Positions 50,326 to 63,920 of a DNA stretch of 64,000 bases are shown piece after piece. The notes beneath the pieces are model-generated. The model was not told the DNA's origin, ran no database searches, and saw only the letters and a list, made by a program, of their open reading frames with translations. Every line of letters starts with the position of its first letter. Positions within the stretch are counted from its first letter, which is position 1. The translations under genes and the position numbers were made by a program. This stretch comes from Octopus sinensis (lineage: Eukaryota): assembly GCF_006345805.1 (NCBI RefSeq), contig NC_043016.1, positions 29,760,001-29,824,000 of the forward strand, written 5' to 3'.

Positions 50326-51035
50326 TGGAAGTAGAACCATTTACACGGGCCCACCTTTCAGTAAATTTACTGGAAAGCAGGACCTCCTCCTCCAACTTCA
50401 TTTTCTTCTCGTAAGAAGTTGATAAGGGCTTGACCAAAGAGTGAAGTCACCAGACAGTGGACAACTGTCTTTCTCTTCAGGCCAAAGGAAAACTGTTTTA
50501 TGTCAGATTTTCCACACTAGCATGGGTTAGATTAATACGTGTTATTGAAGTAATGTTTTTATATGTGGAAGTTTTCATTCCATTTGTCTTTGAAAGACCA
50601 AGTATATCAGATTTGTTGAAAGTGTAACTCAACAAACACCGTTACTTATAGCTCAGTAATTTTCAGTGAAGTGCAGAATGTAAACATTTACACACACGAT
50701 GGGCTTTGTACAGTTTCTGTCAATTGAATTCACTCTCAAGGCATTAGTTGGCCCAGAATTATGGCAGAAGACACTTTTGTCCAGGGTGCCACACAATGGG
50801 ACAATATGTCAGGAGTGTGCTGCCAAATTCATTTCATACTAGACTGGGATTTATTACATCAACTCCATAATAGGGTAAAATTCAAAACCAGCTTCTGTGT
50901 TTTTTCAACCAAGAATGTCTTCCTCTATGATTAAATAGAGGAAGACATTGTCTATCAATCTGCCAACAGCAACAACTACCATTATCAATATTTTCTAGAA
51001 CAGGAACACAAAATTTGGGGGTGGGGAATAATAGA

Positions 51036-51235
51036 TTAAACCTTTAACATTTAAACCAGCCATATCCAGCCTCTCACACTAACCCTACAATGTCATTCTT
51101 AAAATAAACAATTATATAATGAAAATCTCGAGGCTATGAGATAATGCATAGTTAATTCAAAACAATATGAATAAAAAAGGATTACTCTACCAAACATAAG
51201 GTTTGGTAGAGGAATCTGACATGCTAAAGAGTTAA
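51036..51235. mobile_element. piggyBac-type MITE
   Basis: ttaaacctttaacattt ... atgctaaagagttaa. Confidence 0.7.
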
Positions 51236-52098
51236 ATCAAGCCCAGTACTTGTCTGGTATTTTATTGAACCTAAGGGACAAGAGGCAATGTTGACTTTTG
51301 TGGGATTTGAACTCGGAATGTAAACAGCTGGAAGAAATGCTGCAGGCCTTTTTTTGCCTGATATTCCAATGATTCTTCCAAAATGACCAGGTGTGTGACA
51401 CTAATTTAATCAATGCCTGAATCACTTATTTTAAAGAGTTCCTCTTAACTTAGCTAAATCTTCAACTGTACCACCTCGGCCCTCCCAAAACTCCTAACTC
51501 TTTTACTTGTTTCAGTCATTTGATTGTGACCATGCTGGAGCACCACATTTAGATGAACGAATCAACCCCAGGACTTATTCTTTGTAAGCTTACTACTTAT
51601 TTTATGTTTTTTTTTTTTTGCTGAACTACTAAGTTACAGGAATGTAAACACACCAACACTAATCATCAGGCGATGGTAGGGGGACAAACAGAGACACACA
51701 CACATACACACATAAATACGTTCATACATACATATACACATCTGCACTGCTAGATGCTCCTGAACCAATTGTTGAGCGTCCCAGCCATAAGAGACCAATG
51801 CTAGATGTGTTAAAACAATTGTCGTGATTAATAATGAATTCTTGTATATATACCATCCTCCATTTTTCATTTGCCATATATATATATGTACACACACAAT
51901 GGGCCTCTTTCAGTTTCTGTCTTCCAAATCCACTCACAAAGCTTTTGTTGACCCGAGGCTATAGTAGAAGACACTTGTCCAAGGTACCATGCAGTAGGAT
52001 TGAACCAGGAACCATGTGGCTGGGAAGCAAGCTTCTTACCATACAGTCACTCCTGCATCCGTTTAATTTATTTATTTTTAAATTTCCTTTGAAAGTAA

Positions 52099-52611
52099 TC
52101 TATATATATAAAACTGTAGTTGTGTGAGTGTCTGTCCCCTTCGATTTAGATTCCTAACTCCTCCCACATTTTGCGGTGCAGTTTAACCAAATTCGGGTAT
52201 CTTATAGTCGTGATTCATATCGAGCCCGTCTGGCTATTAGCGCACGTCTACGATGAGTCTACGATTTTAAAAATAATTTAACATAATTTTTTATTCCATT
52301 TTAATGCATAATTTTTCGTGTGTCGATGGCGGCGGAGTTGGCGTCCATGGTCACACCTGCACCTGTTTGCTTCTCCCCCTTCTTCCCTCCCTCGTGAAGC
52401 TGTGGGGAAGGGAGTGTAAGGAAATCAACGTCTTAAAGTGTTGTCAAGGAGACCAGCGTTCTTTTAGAACAACGACTTCATGGCTTGAAGACACCAAAAC
52501 AGAAATGGCTAAGTAAGCCCGAATTGGCATCTATAAGGGAAGTAACTCTCTAAAAATGCTTATATAGTTATTTCCCTTACAAACCCGAGCAACGCCGGGT
52601 GATACTGCTAG
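52099..52611 (+). mobile_element. Complete non-autonomous Helitron
   Basis: A^TCTATATATATAAAAC 5' end, hairpin CCCGAGCAACGCCGGG, CTAG^T 3' end; CpG-rich, so probably young. Confidence 0.85.
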
Positions 52612-55600
52612 TTTCTTATAAAATATGAGCTACTGTGAAGTTTTACAATAACTTGGAAGCAATGATTGGTAAACTAACACCTGATAGAATTTAATACCAA
52701 AACTAAACAGATCGCTATAGCAGAAGCAGCAGAGGCTGTGTTTCTGCAATGAAGAGTATCAAGATTGAAGTAATACTGTTAAAGCACAGAGATATGTATC
52801 CCACAGGCATGGCTGTGAAGCACCTTCTGCTATAGCCCTGGGTCAATCAAAGCCTTGTAAGTGGATTTGGTAGACAAAATGAGGAAAAAAGTCTGTTGTA
52901 TGTATGTATGTGTGTGTGTCCTTGCCTTGACATCACATAATAGTCGTAAATGAGTGTCCCTGTCATACATGCAGTATTGCTCATTTCTAATATCCTGCAT
53001 GAACATGTCTAACCATTGTGAAATATCATCTTGCTTGGAAACCAGATGCATATCCTGTCTCGTGACAGGATGGGCATCTGGTTGTATAAAACTTGTCTCA
53101 AATTTTGTCAGACCCATACAAACATACAAAAAAAACGGTCATGTGATGATGATGATGAGGCTTTGTATAATGAAATCACTTGAACTTCAAGGGGACTATA
53201 GTACCTAAATGTATTATCATAAAGCATATGAACCTTCCGGTGTTGCCGGGTCATAGTGCTAATAAATAAATAAATACTAGGGTTAATTTATTCAACTAAT
53301 TACTTCAAGGATGTGTCCCAGCATGGCCACAGTCCAATGACTGAAACAAGTAAAAGACAAAAGTGCCTTCTACGAAACCCTTGAGTTAGCTAAACCTGTG
53401 TGAATGGAATTTGATAGAAACCATACTGAAACTATACACACACTTGACACTCCATCAGTTATGATGACGAGTGTTCCAGTTGATTCAATCAATGCAACAG
53501 CCTACTCGTGAAATTAATGTGCAAGCAGCTGAGCACTCCACAGTCGTGCAGTAACTCTAACGCAGTTCTCAGAGAAATTCAATGTGACACAATGGCCTTT
53601 TGAAATACAGGTACACTGCACTTTTGATAGCTCAGTGAACTGGAGCACACGACAAAACAGTGCCCCTGCATCAAAGAGACAAATAATCATAAAGGCTGAT
53701 AATTTAAGGTGTTGGAAAACTAACTATACAGCCAACAGCTCAAACTTTATTGCAGCTACTGGGCAAGACACAACGATACTGTTTGCCACAATCTGTCTGA
53801 CTGACAAAACAGGTTCCACTTCTATGTCCCAAGAATAGTAAAATATGAGGAGTAAAAAATGGCATAGGCTGGTGAGAGACAACTAAAACAATATATATAC
53901 ACACACATATATGTCAGCACATATGTATGTATACACACACACATACATACATATATTTATGACAACAAAAACCTACCCAAACAAAAGATATTAAATACAT
54001 TGTTTTGATAATTTTTTTTTTTTCCTGATTTGGTTTTTGAAGGTGGGCAGATTAGGTATTTAGAAATAACAAACTGGTCTAACTACATTCTCACAACAAT
54101 GCTATTTCTTTAAGAGCTATTTTTGTACCTGAGTAGGAAAAAAAAAACAAACAAAAAATTGTCTATAAAGCAAATAATCCTAAAACCATGTGCAATATTA
54201 TATTATTAACCACATTCGAAGTGTGTGTAGTGTGTGTGTATATAAAAAGAATGAATGGAAAAGAAATGTGTATTTGAAGGGAGGGTGAAAAATAATGGTT
54301 TACATAGCAGAAGTCGCAAAATTATATATGTATGAGTGTATATATAAATATATATAATTTTATATAATTATATATAAAGCTGCGATTTCTGCTTGCAAAC
54401 CTTAATATATAATACATAATATATATATATACATACATACACACACACATATATATGCAAGCTATAGTAAACTATGTAGCAGTCAAAATTAGCCCTGTTG
54501 CATTAGACTGGCAAACAGCCAACGTCACAAACTAATTGGTTGGATGACTTTACAGAGAGATTCTTTGAGTGCCATAACACTGAACAGCAAAATTAGTCCA
54601 ATGAGGCAAAACCATAAACAATATCATAAATAAGCAGCCAGTGGTAACAAATCTTAAAACTTACAAAAAAACACTTTGCAAAATATGGCAATATTTGCCT
54701 GGCCAAGCAGAGGAAAAAAGGTGCATACAAAAGTTGTACATATGTGCTTTGAAGAAGTTCATTTTACGACTACATGGTCGCAAGTCTGACTTCAGTGCAA
54801 GACAAATTGGGAAACCTTATACTAATAGTTATGGATTAGACAATAACTTTTGAGTGGGGTTTGGTAGGTGAAAACTACACATGCATGCGAGCACATGCAT
54901 CTATGTGTGCATGTGCACACATACATGCATGTCCATGGCTATGGTTTTTGTTTCCTGAAGAGTTTACCTTCGTGTCCTGATAGGTTCCATGAATTATTGG
55001 TTAATAATATAAATATGAACACACTGACATTAAGTATTGGGCGGGGGGGGGGGGCGATACAATGGATTAAACTCTTGAAGGTCGTGCCTTAAATGCTGCA
55101 GTTCAGTGACATACTAATAAAAGAATACATACATACACACACCTGTGGGTATGTATGTGTATATATATATGTGTGTGTGCGTGAATGCCTGCACATGTTA
55201 TTTTAATGCCAACTGTTCCGTGCTTGGACAGGTCAGAGTTTTCTATGGCCTGATGCCCTCTCTGACACCAACCTTCACCCATTTCCAAGTAAGGTGATAA
55301 CCACCACCACTTTCTGGCAGACAAAAAAAGAACTGGCCTGGATATGTTTATGTAGAGAACTGGAAACAAACGGTGTTTGAATCAGCCTTTTGTTTGCCAT
55401 CAGAGAACACATGTGAAGATAAGAAAAAATTACAAACACACACACATAAATATATACATATGTTTTCACACACATATATACAACCTGCATCAAAGCACAA
55501 TGGGGCAGAGGTTGGATTGTTGGGACCATGATAAGGCCATTGGTTCAATTTAATTCACGAGTGCAGCTCTCCCACGCCACGACCTGAAGCTACAAAAGAC

Positions 55601-56191
55601 AAAACTCCTAGTGCTATGTAGGGACAATGATCCCTGAACCATGTAGTTACATAGTGAATGTTTTAATTGTACAGCCATGTGTGTGCCTGTCCATACACAC
55701 CGTCTCTCTCTCACTCTCTCTATCTCTCATGTATGTTTAATGTCTATTCAGATCCCCTATCAAGATGTCCCACTGCAGTAACTTGCAGATGTGTTGCTCC
55801 CATCTGACTTCAAGAACCTATCTGATCTTTTGACTCTCAAATTTAGAGAGACTGAGATGTTTCTGAAGAAGAGGAGACCCAAAAGTGGGCCCTATGCAAC
55901 AGTGATACCTCATTCGAAATTTACAAACACAGCCCTGGTATCTCCAGAGTGCCAGTGAGTGTAGTACAGTAAACAGGGAAAAAAGAAACTAGATTGCATG
56001 CGTACACACACACACACAAGCCACCCTTATCAGTCATAAGATAAGTGCTTTATCATGACTAAGAGTTGTTTTGACACTCTTATTTCTAGCAATGTTGGTG
56101 CTAACTAGTACCCCAATCACTTTAGTAACATATATAGTTCTGCCTTTTGGTTGTAAATTGCAAATAAGCCACCTTTATCATATATATATAT

Positions 56192-56235
<44 letters not shown>

Positions 56236-57139
56236 ATATAAGATAAGAAAATGGAGAAATACATCTAAATCAAATATCAATTACCAGATAATACTCAATC
56301 ACATACTTTATTAAACCACCACATAAGAGACATATATATATATATTATATATATATATATAAACAGTGTAAAAGCTGAAGACTACTTGTCCCAGGGGCAG
56401 CCTTTTGCTATCAAAGAAGATTTTTCAACCCAGTATTTACATGTTTTTATTTATAACTTTATATGCTTCGAGATCCACTCTTCCAAAAGCCAATTATCTC
56501 ATGTTCTCTTGAACGATTATCAATTCTTATGACAACCATGCATGCATGCATACACACACACACAGTGTACTTTTCTGTGATGGTAAAAATCAAGAAAAAG
56601 TACTCCATCTGGTGAGAGATAAATATTATTAAATAAATACAATGGGTAGCACATAAAAACCATATATTGTGTTTATTTAAGAACTTCTTTCCTTACATAA
56701 AATACACCATAACATGAAAGAATGATTACGACAGGCATCTTCGGAAAGATTGCTGGTTTAATGTTGTCTGTGATTGATTACATTACTGAAGAACAACAAG
56801 CACAAAGTGAAACTCCTCTCAACTTTCGGGACATTAAATGCTCAACTGTAGTATAATTGTAATAACCATTTGTCAAGAGATGAGAGGAACAGAAATTAAT
56901 TGAAATGATAACAGGCAAACAAAACAGCCTACTACTTTTAAGGAAAATAAAAGTACAAGGCACTTAGGAAAACATTGGATAGCTCAATAGGTCACCCATC
57001 AGCGATGACTTTGAGAGATTATCCTAACTGCAAATGAGTGACACTCAAACATAAACAAAATTCCCTGAAATATGAATTTTGAGGGATAAATCAGAAGCTT
57101 TGTCATTGTCAAAAAATAATAAAAAAAACAATGGATTAT

Positions 57140-57831
57140 CAACACTGGTTTCAAATTTTAGCACAAGGCCAGCAATTTTGGGGGCTGGGAGTAAGTCGAT
57201 TAAATCAACCCCAGTGTTCAACTGATATTTGTTTTATTGACCCTGAAAGGACGAAAGGTAAAACTGACCTCAGTGGAATTTGAACTCAGAACATGAAGAC
57301 GGATGAAATGCCACTAGGCATTTTGCCCAGTGTGCTACCTTCATCAACATTAACTTAGTTTGCATTATATGCACCAATTGTACATTGTAGAAGGCAGCGA
57401 GCTGGCAGAAACGTTAGCACACTGGGTGAAATGCTTAGCGTTATTTCGTCTGCAGCTGTATTCTAAGTTCAAATTCTGCTGAGGTTGACTTTGCCTTTCA
57501 TCCTTTCGGGGTCGATTAAATAAGTACCAGTTATGCACTGGGATCTATATAATCGACTTAATCTGTTTGTCTGTCCTTGTTTGTCCCCTGTGTGTAGGCC
57601 CTTGTGGGTAGTAAAGAAATAAGAAACATTAGCATGCCAGGCGAAATGTTTAGCAGTATTTCATCTGTCTTTACGTTCTGAGTTCAAATTCCACCAAGGT
57701 CGACTTTGCCTTTCATCCTTTCTGGGCTGATAAATTAAGTACCAGTTGTGCACTGGGGTCAATCTAATCAACTGGCCCCTTTCCCCCAAATTTTGGGCCT
57801 TGTGCCTAGAGTAGAAAAGATTATTATTATT
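57140..57831. mobile_element. SINE B minus copy (57140-57340) followed by a plus-strand dimeric SINE B (57391-57831) with 10-bp TSD
   Basis: TACATTGTAG at 57381-57390 and 57832-57841 brackets two fused monomers. Confidence 0.75.
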
Positions 57832-58474
57832 TACATTGTAGCATCAAAAGCCATACTATCAAGGTTATTGATGTTTTCCCCCAGGATGGTTTAAAGTCAT
57901 TCTAGAATGGAAGAATATAAAATGTAAATAAGCAGCTTAACAGTGACGCAGTACACTTAAATGAACTTGAAGTGAGTACTATGCAAAGATCTCTTTGATA
58001 TCACCAGAGACTCTCTTATCATTTGTTATTAAAAAATTGGGGGGGGGGGAAAAGAAATATTATTATTTCTAAATCTCTCAACAAGAGACATTCAGTAACA
58101 GTACTTTTAAGTAAAGATCATTTGCCAATATAATGTGGCAGTCCCAGTTGATACAAATATTACTGTTGTTTAATCCCTGGAAACATCGTTGTCTCCAGCT
58201 GGCTATACAACACAATATCTGTGATTTGGTCTCTCCTAGATGTCATCTTCCAGAAGAGGAAGTTGATGTTTTACAGAGTAGCTTTTGGTATTCTGCTGCA
58301 GAAAGGGGACAGAAGGCGAGGGAAAAATATGTACCAGATTGAGTGCAGTAATGAGTAACACTTGTCCCTAAAAACGAGAAATGTGTGTGGCAAAAAAAAA
58401 CCACAAAAAAACTGCCATTCCCCTAGTATACTTAACCCATTAGCATTTAAACCAGCCAAATTTGACCCAAACAT

Positions 58475-58720
58475 TATCATCATCAATCATCATCATCGTT
58501 TAACGTCCGTTTTCTGCGCTAGCACGGGTTGGACGGTTCGACTGGGGTCTGGGGAGCCAGGGGCTGCTCCAGGCTCCAGTCTGATCTGGCAGTGTTTCTA
58601 CAGCTGGATGCCCTTCCTAACGCCAACCACTCCGCGAGTGTAGTGGGTGCTTTTTACGTGCCACCTGCACAGGTGCCAGAGGGGTCTGGCATCAGCCACG
58701 ATCAGTTGGTGCTTTTTTTT
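58475..58720 (-). mobile_element. RTE LINE 3'UTR inserted in a piggyBac-type MITE (58432-58850)
   Basis: MITE left end ttaacccattagcatt and right end aatgctaaggg flank a near-consensus RTE tail. Confidence 0.7.
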
Positions 58721-58854
58721 TTTTTTTTTTTCATTCTAAAAATATACAGTTGCATCATTGAAATCTCAAAGCTATGAGAAAATGCACAGTTAATTTCCAA
58801 AAAATGGAAAAAAATAAAATTACATTTGACAGAGTAATCTCAATGCTAAGGGAA

Positions 58855-60400
58855 TTCAATGTGCTTCTCCAGAAATACTGTGAAAGAAATGATGTGGTGA
58901 ATGATGAACAAGCAGGAAGGAAAAAGAAATGAGTTTCGATCTGTGTCAAATAACTTCATTAACAGTGCTGCCCTTAAGGAAGCAAACAACATTGCTAGAC
59001 TATAAGATATTTGATGCTGTTCTTTGCTCATGTATAGTGCAGCCACTATGCCTTGCTGTAGTCCATGCAGGTATCGCAAAAAACTGAAGCAACTTGCTAT
59101 AGGCAAAAACAGAAGCAGGCTATGAATGGGAATATTCCAGGACAGTTTGTCCATAAAGCTGTTTATCTTAGAATTGAACTCCTTGTCAAGCCAACTGAGG
59201 AAATGCAAAGTGCTACCTAAATGGTTGTACAAAGAAGAGGAAAATTCATGTCACCTACATCATTTCCATGGATTCTAGTTAATAGTTGCAACACCAAGAG
59301 AGAACTGGTCACATTCTCAGAGGACATAAGAAGTGAATTTCATCTGGATAAATGTTCGTATTTGGTAGCCAATGTAGGCTAAGAATATGGGTATCAATGA
59401 TCTCTCAATCTCCCCTGTCTCCAGCAGAAATGCTATAAATATCTGATAATTGAAGTTAATATTGTGTAAGTTTGTGTTTTGAATAAAGCTAGACCAGTGG
59501 TTCTCAACTGGGGTCCTTATGGTTTTTGGGGTCCATATATAAGATTTTGCTGTTAGAATTTATCTCCAATAAATTGGTTGAGCTGGCAGAATCGTTAGCA
59601 CGCCGGGTGAAATGCTTAGCAGTATTTCGTCTGCCGCTACGTTCTGAGTTCAAATTCCGCCTTTCATCCTTTCGGGGTCGATAAATTAAGTACCAGTTAC
59701 GCACTGGAGTCGATGTAATCGACTTAATCCCTTTGTCTGTCCTTGTTTGTCCCCTCTGTGTTTGGCCCCTTGTGGGTAGTAAAGAAATAGGTATACTTCT
59801 ACAATACACAAAATATTTAATTCTAAAAACGGGTTTTTTTTTTAAAAACAGTTAATGGTTAAGAGGGTCCATCTGAATCAAAAGGATCCAGAGGTAGAAA
59901 GAAAAACGACTGAGAAAAATTGAGCTAGTGTAAGGAAAAAAAAAAATCAGAAGACTACAGAAATAAGAGCTGGCAGTATTCAATAAGACCATATTCCTAA
60001 AGCTTTCACAGTGCCAGTGCCAACATTTGCAAGAGACCCACACCCTGGACAATTACTGGTAATTTGCACATTAACAGTGATGCAAACAAGATCTGTTTAA
60101 TGGAAGCAGTGGCACAAGGTTAATATAGAAAGCTTTTGGATATCGCATCATATCACACAGAAAACATCTACTGAACAGTACAGGGAGAAATAAGTTATAC
60201 CATATATATGTACATAACAGTGAAGGTAATAATATCATGTTATCAGGTGAAAAACTCTTGAACAGATGCTCTCAGTGTATAGCTATTCCATGTGAACTAA
60301 AAGGACGACTTGATTGACCAACTTGAACAGAAAATTTAAGAAGTAATCATCATACCAGCAGAAAGTCGTGCATGGCTGCATATTTTGCAAGCTAGAAAAT
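58855..60400 (+). mobile_element. Highly decayed R4/Dong-like (R2-superfamily) non-LTR retrotransposon, interrupted by a MITE/SINE at ~59495-59790
   Basis: ERNDVVNDEQAG, MGIFQDSLSIKLFILELNSLVK and TFSEDIRSEFHLDKCS resemble EEQAG, GIFQGDSLSPLLF and FS.DIGMEFGLDKCA. The distal part is only weakly assignable. Confidence 0.5.
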
Positions 60401-60744
60401 AACACTATTAACAGGAATAGTAGTCTCTCCTGGACCTGAGATACATAAATAACATGGCTCCATTAGAAATAAGGATGCTTCCAAATGGGTGGAAAATGGC
60501 GAGCTGGTAGAATCATTACTGCACTGGACAAAAAGTTTAACAAAATTTCTCCTGGTTCTTTTAATTCTGAGTCTGAATTCCATCGAGATCAACTTTGCCT
60601 TTCATTCATTCAGGGTCAATAAAGTAAGTACCAGTTGAGCACTGGGAGGCAATGTACAGCAATCTCCATCTTAAGTACGCAACTTAAACCTAACTGCTTG
60701 TGCATACTTAGCTGGTAGGTGCATACATAGCAACAGCAAATCAG

Positions 60745-61318
60745 CTGCGCTCATGTAAAAAGCACCATCCAAACGTGGTCGAAGCCAGTGGCCCCTGACT
60801 GGCTCCCGTGCTGGTGACATGTAAAAAGCATCATCCGAATGTGGTTGATATCAGTGCCCCCGACTGGCTCCCATGCTGGTAGTATGTAAAAAGCACCATC
60901 CAAACATGGTCAATGCCAGTGCCCCCAGACTGGTTCCCGTGCTGGTGGCATGTAAAAAGCATCATCCGAATGTTGTTGATGTCAGTGCCCCCGACTGGGC
61001 CCCATGCTTTTGGCGTGTAAAAAGCACCATTTGAACATGGTTGATGCCAGCGCCACCTGGCTGGCTCCCATGCTGGTGGCATGTAAAAAGAACCATCTGA
61101 ATGTGGTTGGTGTCAGTGCCCCCTGACTAGCTCCTGTGCTGGTGGCACATAAAAAGTACCCACTATATTCTTGGAGTGGTTGGTGCTAGGAAGAGCATCC
61201 AGCTCTAGAAAAATTGCCAGATCAGATTGGAGACTGGTGTAGCCCACTGGCTTGCCAGATTTCAGTCAAACCATCCAACCCATGGAAAGTGGACGTTAAA
61301 CAATGATGATGATGATGA
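60745..61318 (+). mobile_element. RTE LINE 3'UTR with six 65/66-bp tandem units
   Basis: tgtaaaaag starts at 60754, 60820, 60885, 60951, 61016 and 61082, followed by the standard tail and (GAT)n. Confidence 0.8.
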
Positions 61319-61554
61319 ATGTATGTGTGCAGCCAATCACAGCAAGGCTCATGCATGCACACAGTTTTAGATCATATTTGTTATCTTTCCCCTCAGTTTC
61401 ACAAGATATCACATTACCTTGAGCTGTTTATTACCTATTTAGATGTTCGTCAATGTTGCTGTAGAATAAATTGTTAATAAACTTGAAATTCTTGAAGATT
61501 TTGCATGCACCTATCTGGCATGCGTACAGTAATCAACTAGATCCTTCTCTAAAA

Positions 61555-62010
61555 CTTATACAGGTGGGTGACCATCAAGACTCAGTTCTCAACCTCCTTA
61601 TTTATCACAGTTCTCTAGGTCATAATAGAAGGGCTGAAGTCCATCGCCTGATGACCCAATCCTCATAGATAAATTTGTCAAAGAGATTAGAGAGGAAATT
61701 CCAAATGTGAAAGCAAAGACTGAAATCAAGAAGTACTAGAGTAAACCTAGTTAACAGGAAAGAATTCAGGATAAGTACTGTCTAGGAAGTGGCCAGGTTT
61801 GACTGGCAGGGAAGAAATAGGTAAGAATGGCATATTGTGTAACCATTTCGCAATACTGGCACACAAGCGATCTAGGGAGGTCACAAGAGAAAAAGGATAT
61901 GTTGAAGTAATAAATATGAATAGCTTGTAGAAAGAGCAGTGCTGAATTAACCATTAAGCAAACTAAGCATGTGCTTAGGGCATCAAAGGAAGTGGTGGGG
62001 ACACACCACA
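61555..62010 (+). mobile_element. Decayed RTE reverse-transcriptase fragment
   Basis: QVGDHQDSVLNLL.., PDDPILID.. and LERKFQM*KQRLKSRSTRVNLV resemble VGVHQGSVLSPLL, ADDLVLIA and LE.K...WK..LE.KGLRVN. Confidence 0.55.
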
Positions 62011-62537
62011 AAAATGGTAAATGGTTTATGGTACATATGTTTCAAAGCATGTGTATGTGAACATATGTATACACACACTCTTCACACAGGTTTGTATAGT
62101 TAGTAATTCTACTTTGCAACCACATTTCCATGTTCAGTCCTGCCGAGTGGAACCTTGGGTAAGTGCTGTCTCTTTTAGCCCTCAGGTTGACCAATACTTG
62201 GTGAGTGGAATTTGGTAGATGGAAACGGAACAGAGTCTGTGAAACATCCTCTTTTATCACCACCATTGCAATAGTTCTAACATCTACTTTTATATGCTTG
62301 CATAGGGATGATGGAATTCCTTCAGGTACATTATCTATGGGTGGATGTCCTTCTTGTCGTCAATCCACATCCGCTTCCAAAAACAGTAATATTTCCTTAT
62401 GATCAGAGATCTTTTCACAGATGATTGCAAACAAGGGCTGTCAATTGTATGACAGCTATGCTTGTTATAACTATCATGCAAGCACACAATTATACATACA
62501 TGTATGTATAAACAGGCTTCTTTCATCTTCCATGTAC

Positions 62538-62588
<51 letters not shown>

Positions 62589-62689
62589 GTATATACATGA
62601 AGAAACATTCAATACATAATGAGTGTATCTCTTTAGGTAATGGGGGTTGATGCCTATGAACATCCCTGAACAGAAAATATTACAGTATT

Positions 62690-63920
62690 GAAGGTGGTGA
62701 GCTGGCAGAAACGTTAGCATGCCGGGCAAAATGCTTAGCAGTATTTCGTCTGCTGTTACGTTCTGAGTTCAAATTCCACCGAGGTAGACTTTGCCTTTCA
62801 TCCTTTCGGGGTCGATAAATTAAGTACCAGTTACGCACTGGGGTCGATGTAATCGACTTAATCCCTTTGTCTGTCCTTGTTTGTCCCCTGTGTGTAGCCC
62901 CTTGTGGGCAATAAAGAAATAAGAAAACATTACAGTTCTCCCTTCATATCATATAGTAGTATAAGGAGAGATTTGGTTACTATTTCAAGCTTCTTCAATA
63001 GCGTTGTTCGTACAACATATCTGCAGAATAAAGCAGCAAACTGGCAGAATCGTTAGCGGGCTGGACAAAATGCTAAGCAGTATTTCATCTGCTGCTACAT
63101 TCTGAGTTCAAATTCTGCCAAGGTCGACTTTGCCTTTCATCCTTTTGGGGTTGATAAATTAAGTACCAGTTGAACATGGTTCGATCTAATCAACTACCCA
63201 CTCCCTCCCAAAAAATTTTGGGCCTTGTGCCTAGAGTAAAAATTATTATTATTATTATTAACCCTTTCGTTACTGTATTTATCTTGAAATGCTCTGTGTT
63301 TCTTTAAATTACTTTAAATATAACAAAGAATTTAGTAAAATAACTTGGTTATCATTAAGCTAGTGCTAGGAACATAAAATGTGACTAAGGTTTGGTGGAA
63401 GATTTTAATTCAAAACTTATGGAAACAAAACATTTGTACTCAGAACCAGAGCCGGTTTCAGCCGGGTTGGTAACGAAAGGGTTAAGGTAGCAACCTGGCA
63501 AGATGCTTAACAGCATTTCATCTGTCTTTATGTTCTGAGTTCAAATTCCACTGAGACTGATTTTGCCTTTCATCCTTTCGAGGTCGATAAATTTAGTACC
63601 AGTTACGTACTGGGGTTGATATAATCGACTGCCCCCCCCCTCCCCAAATATTTCAGGCCTTGTGCCTAGAGTAGAAAAGATTATTATTATTATTATGATT
63701 ATCATTATTATTATTAAGGTAGCAACCTGGCAAGATGCTTAAAAGCATTTCATCTGTCTTTATGTTCTGAGTTCAAATTCCACTGAGATCAACTTTGCCT
63801 TTCATCCTTTTGGGATCGATAAAGTACCAGTTGAGCACTGGCAGTCAATGTAATCGACCAGCCAGCCCACTCTCTCAAACTTGCTGGCCTCGTTCCTAAA
63901 TTTGAAACCAATATATCTGC
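62690..63920 (+). mobile_element. Cluster of SINE family B copies; young copy 62690-62923 has a 14-bp imperfect TSD
   Basis: GAAAATATTACAGT / GAAAACATTACAGT flank the first copy; further copies at about 63035, 63485 and 63715. Confidence 0.75.
63258..63485. mobile_element. piggyBac-type MITE (second family) with perfect TIRs
   Basis: TTAAccctttcgttac ... gtaacgaaagggTTAA. Confidence 0.85.

Noticed and set aside
50231-50437. ORF as the next upstream OSBP exon
   Set aside because: No resemblance to the OSBP coiled-coil or PH region in any frame, and no convincing phase-1 donor with a matching acceptor.
54665-54698. 34-nt AG..GT segment phase-compatible with the FFAT exon
   Set aside because: The exon end (TTT|gt) is poor and the peptide ANIAIFCKVFF has no OSBP similarity; probably chance.
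60754-61150. Regularly spaced repeats resembling a CRISPR array
   Set aside because: Whole units are homologous (no unique spacers), they sit inside an RTE 3'UTR, and there are no cas genes; the context is eukaryotic.
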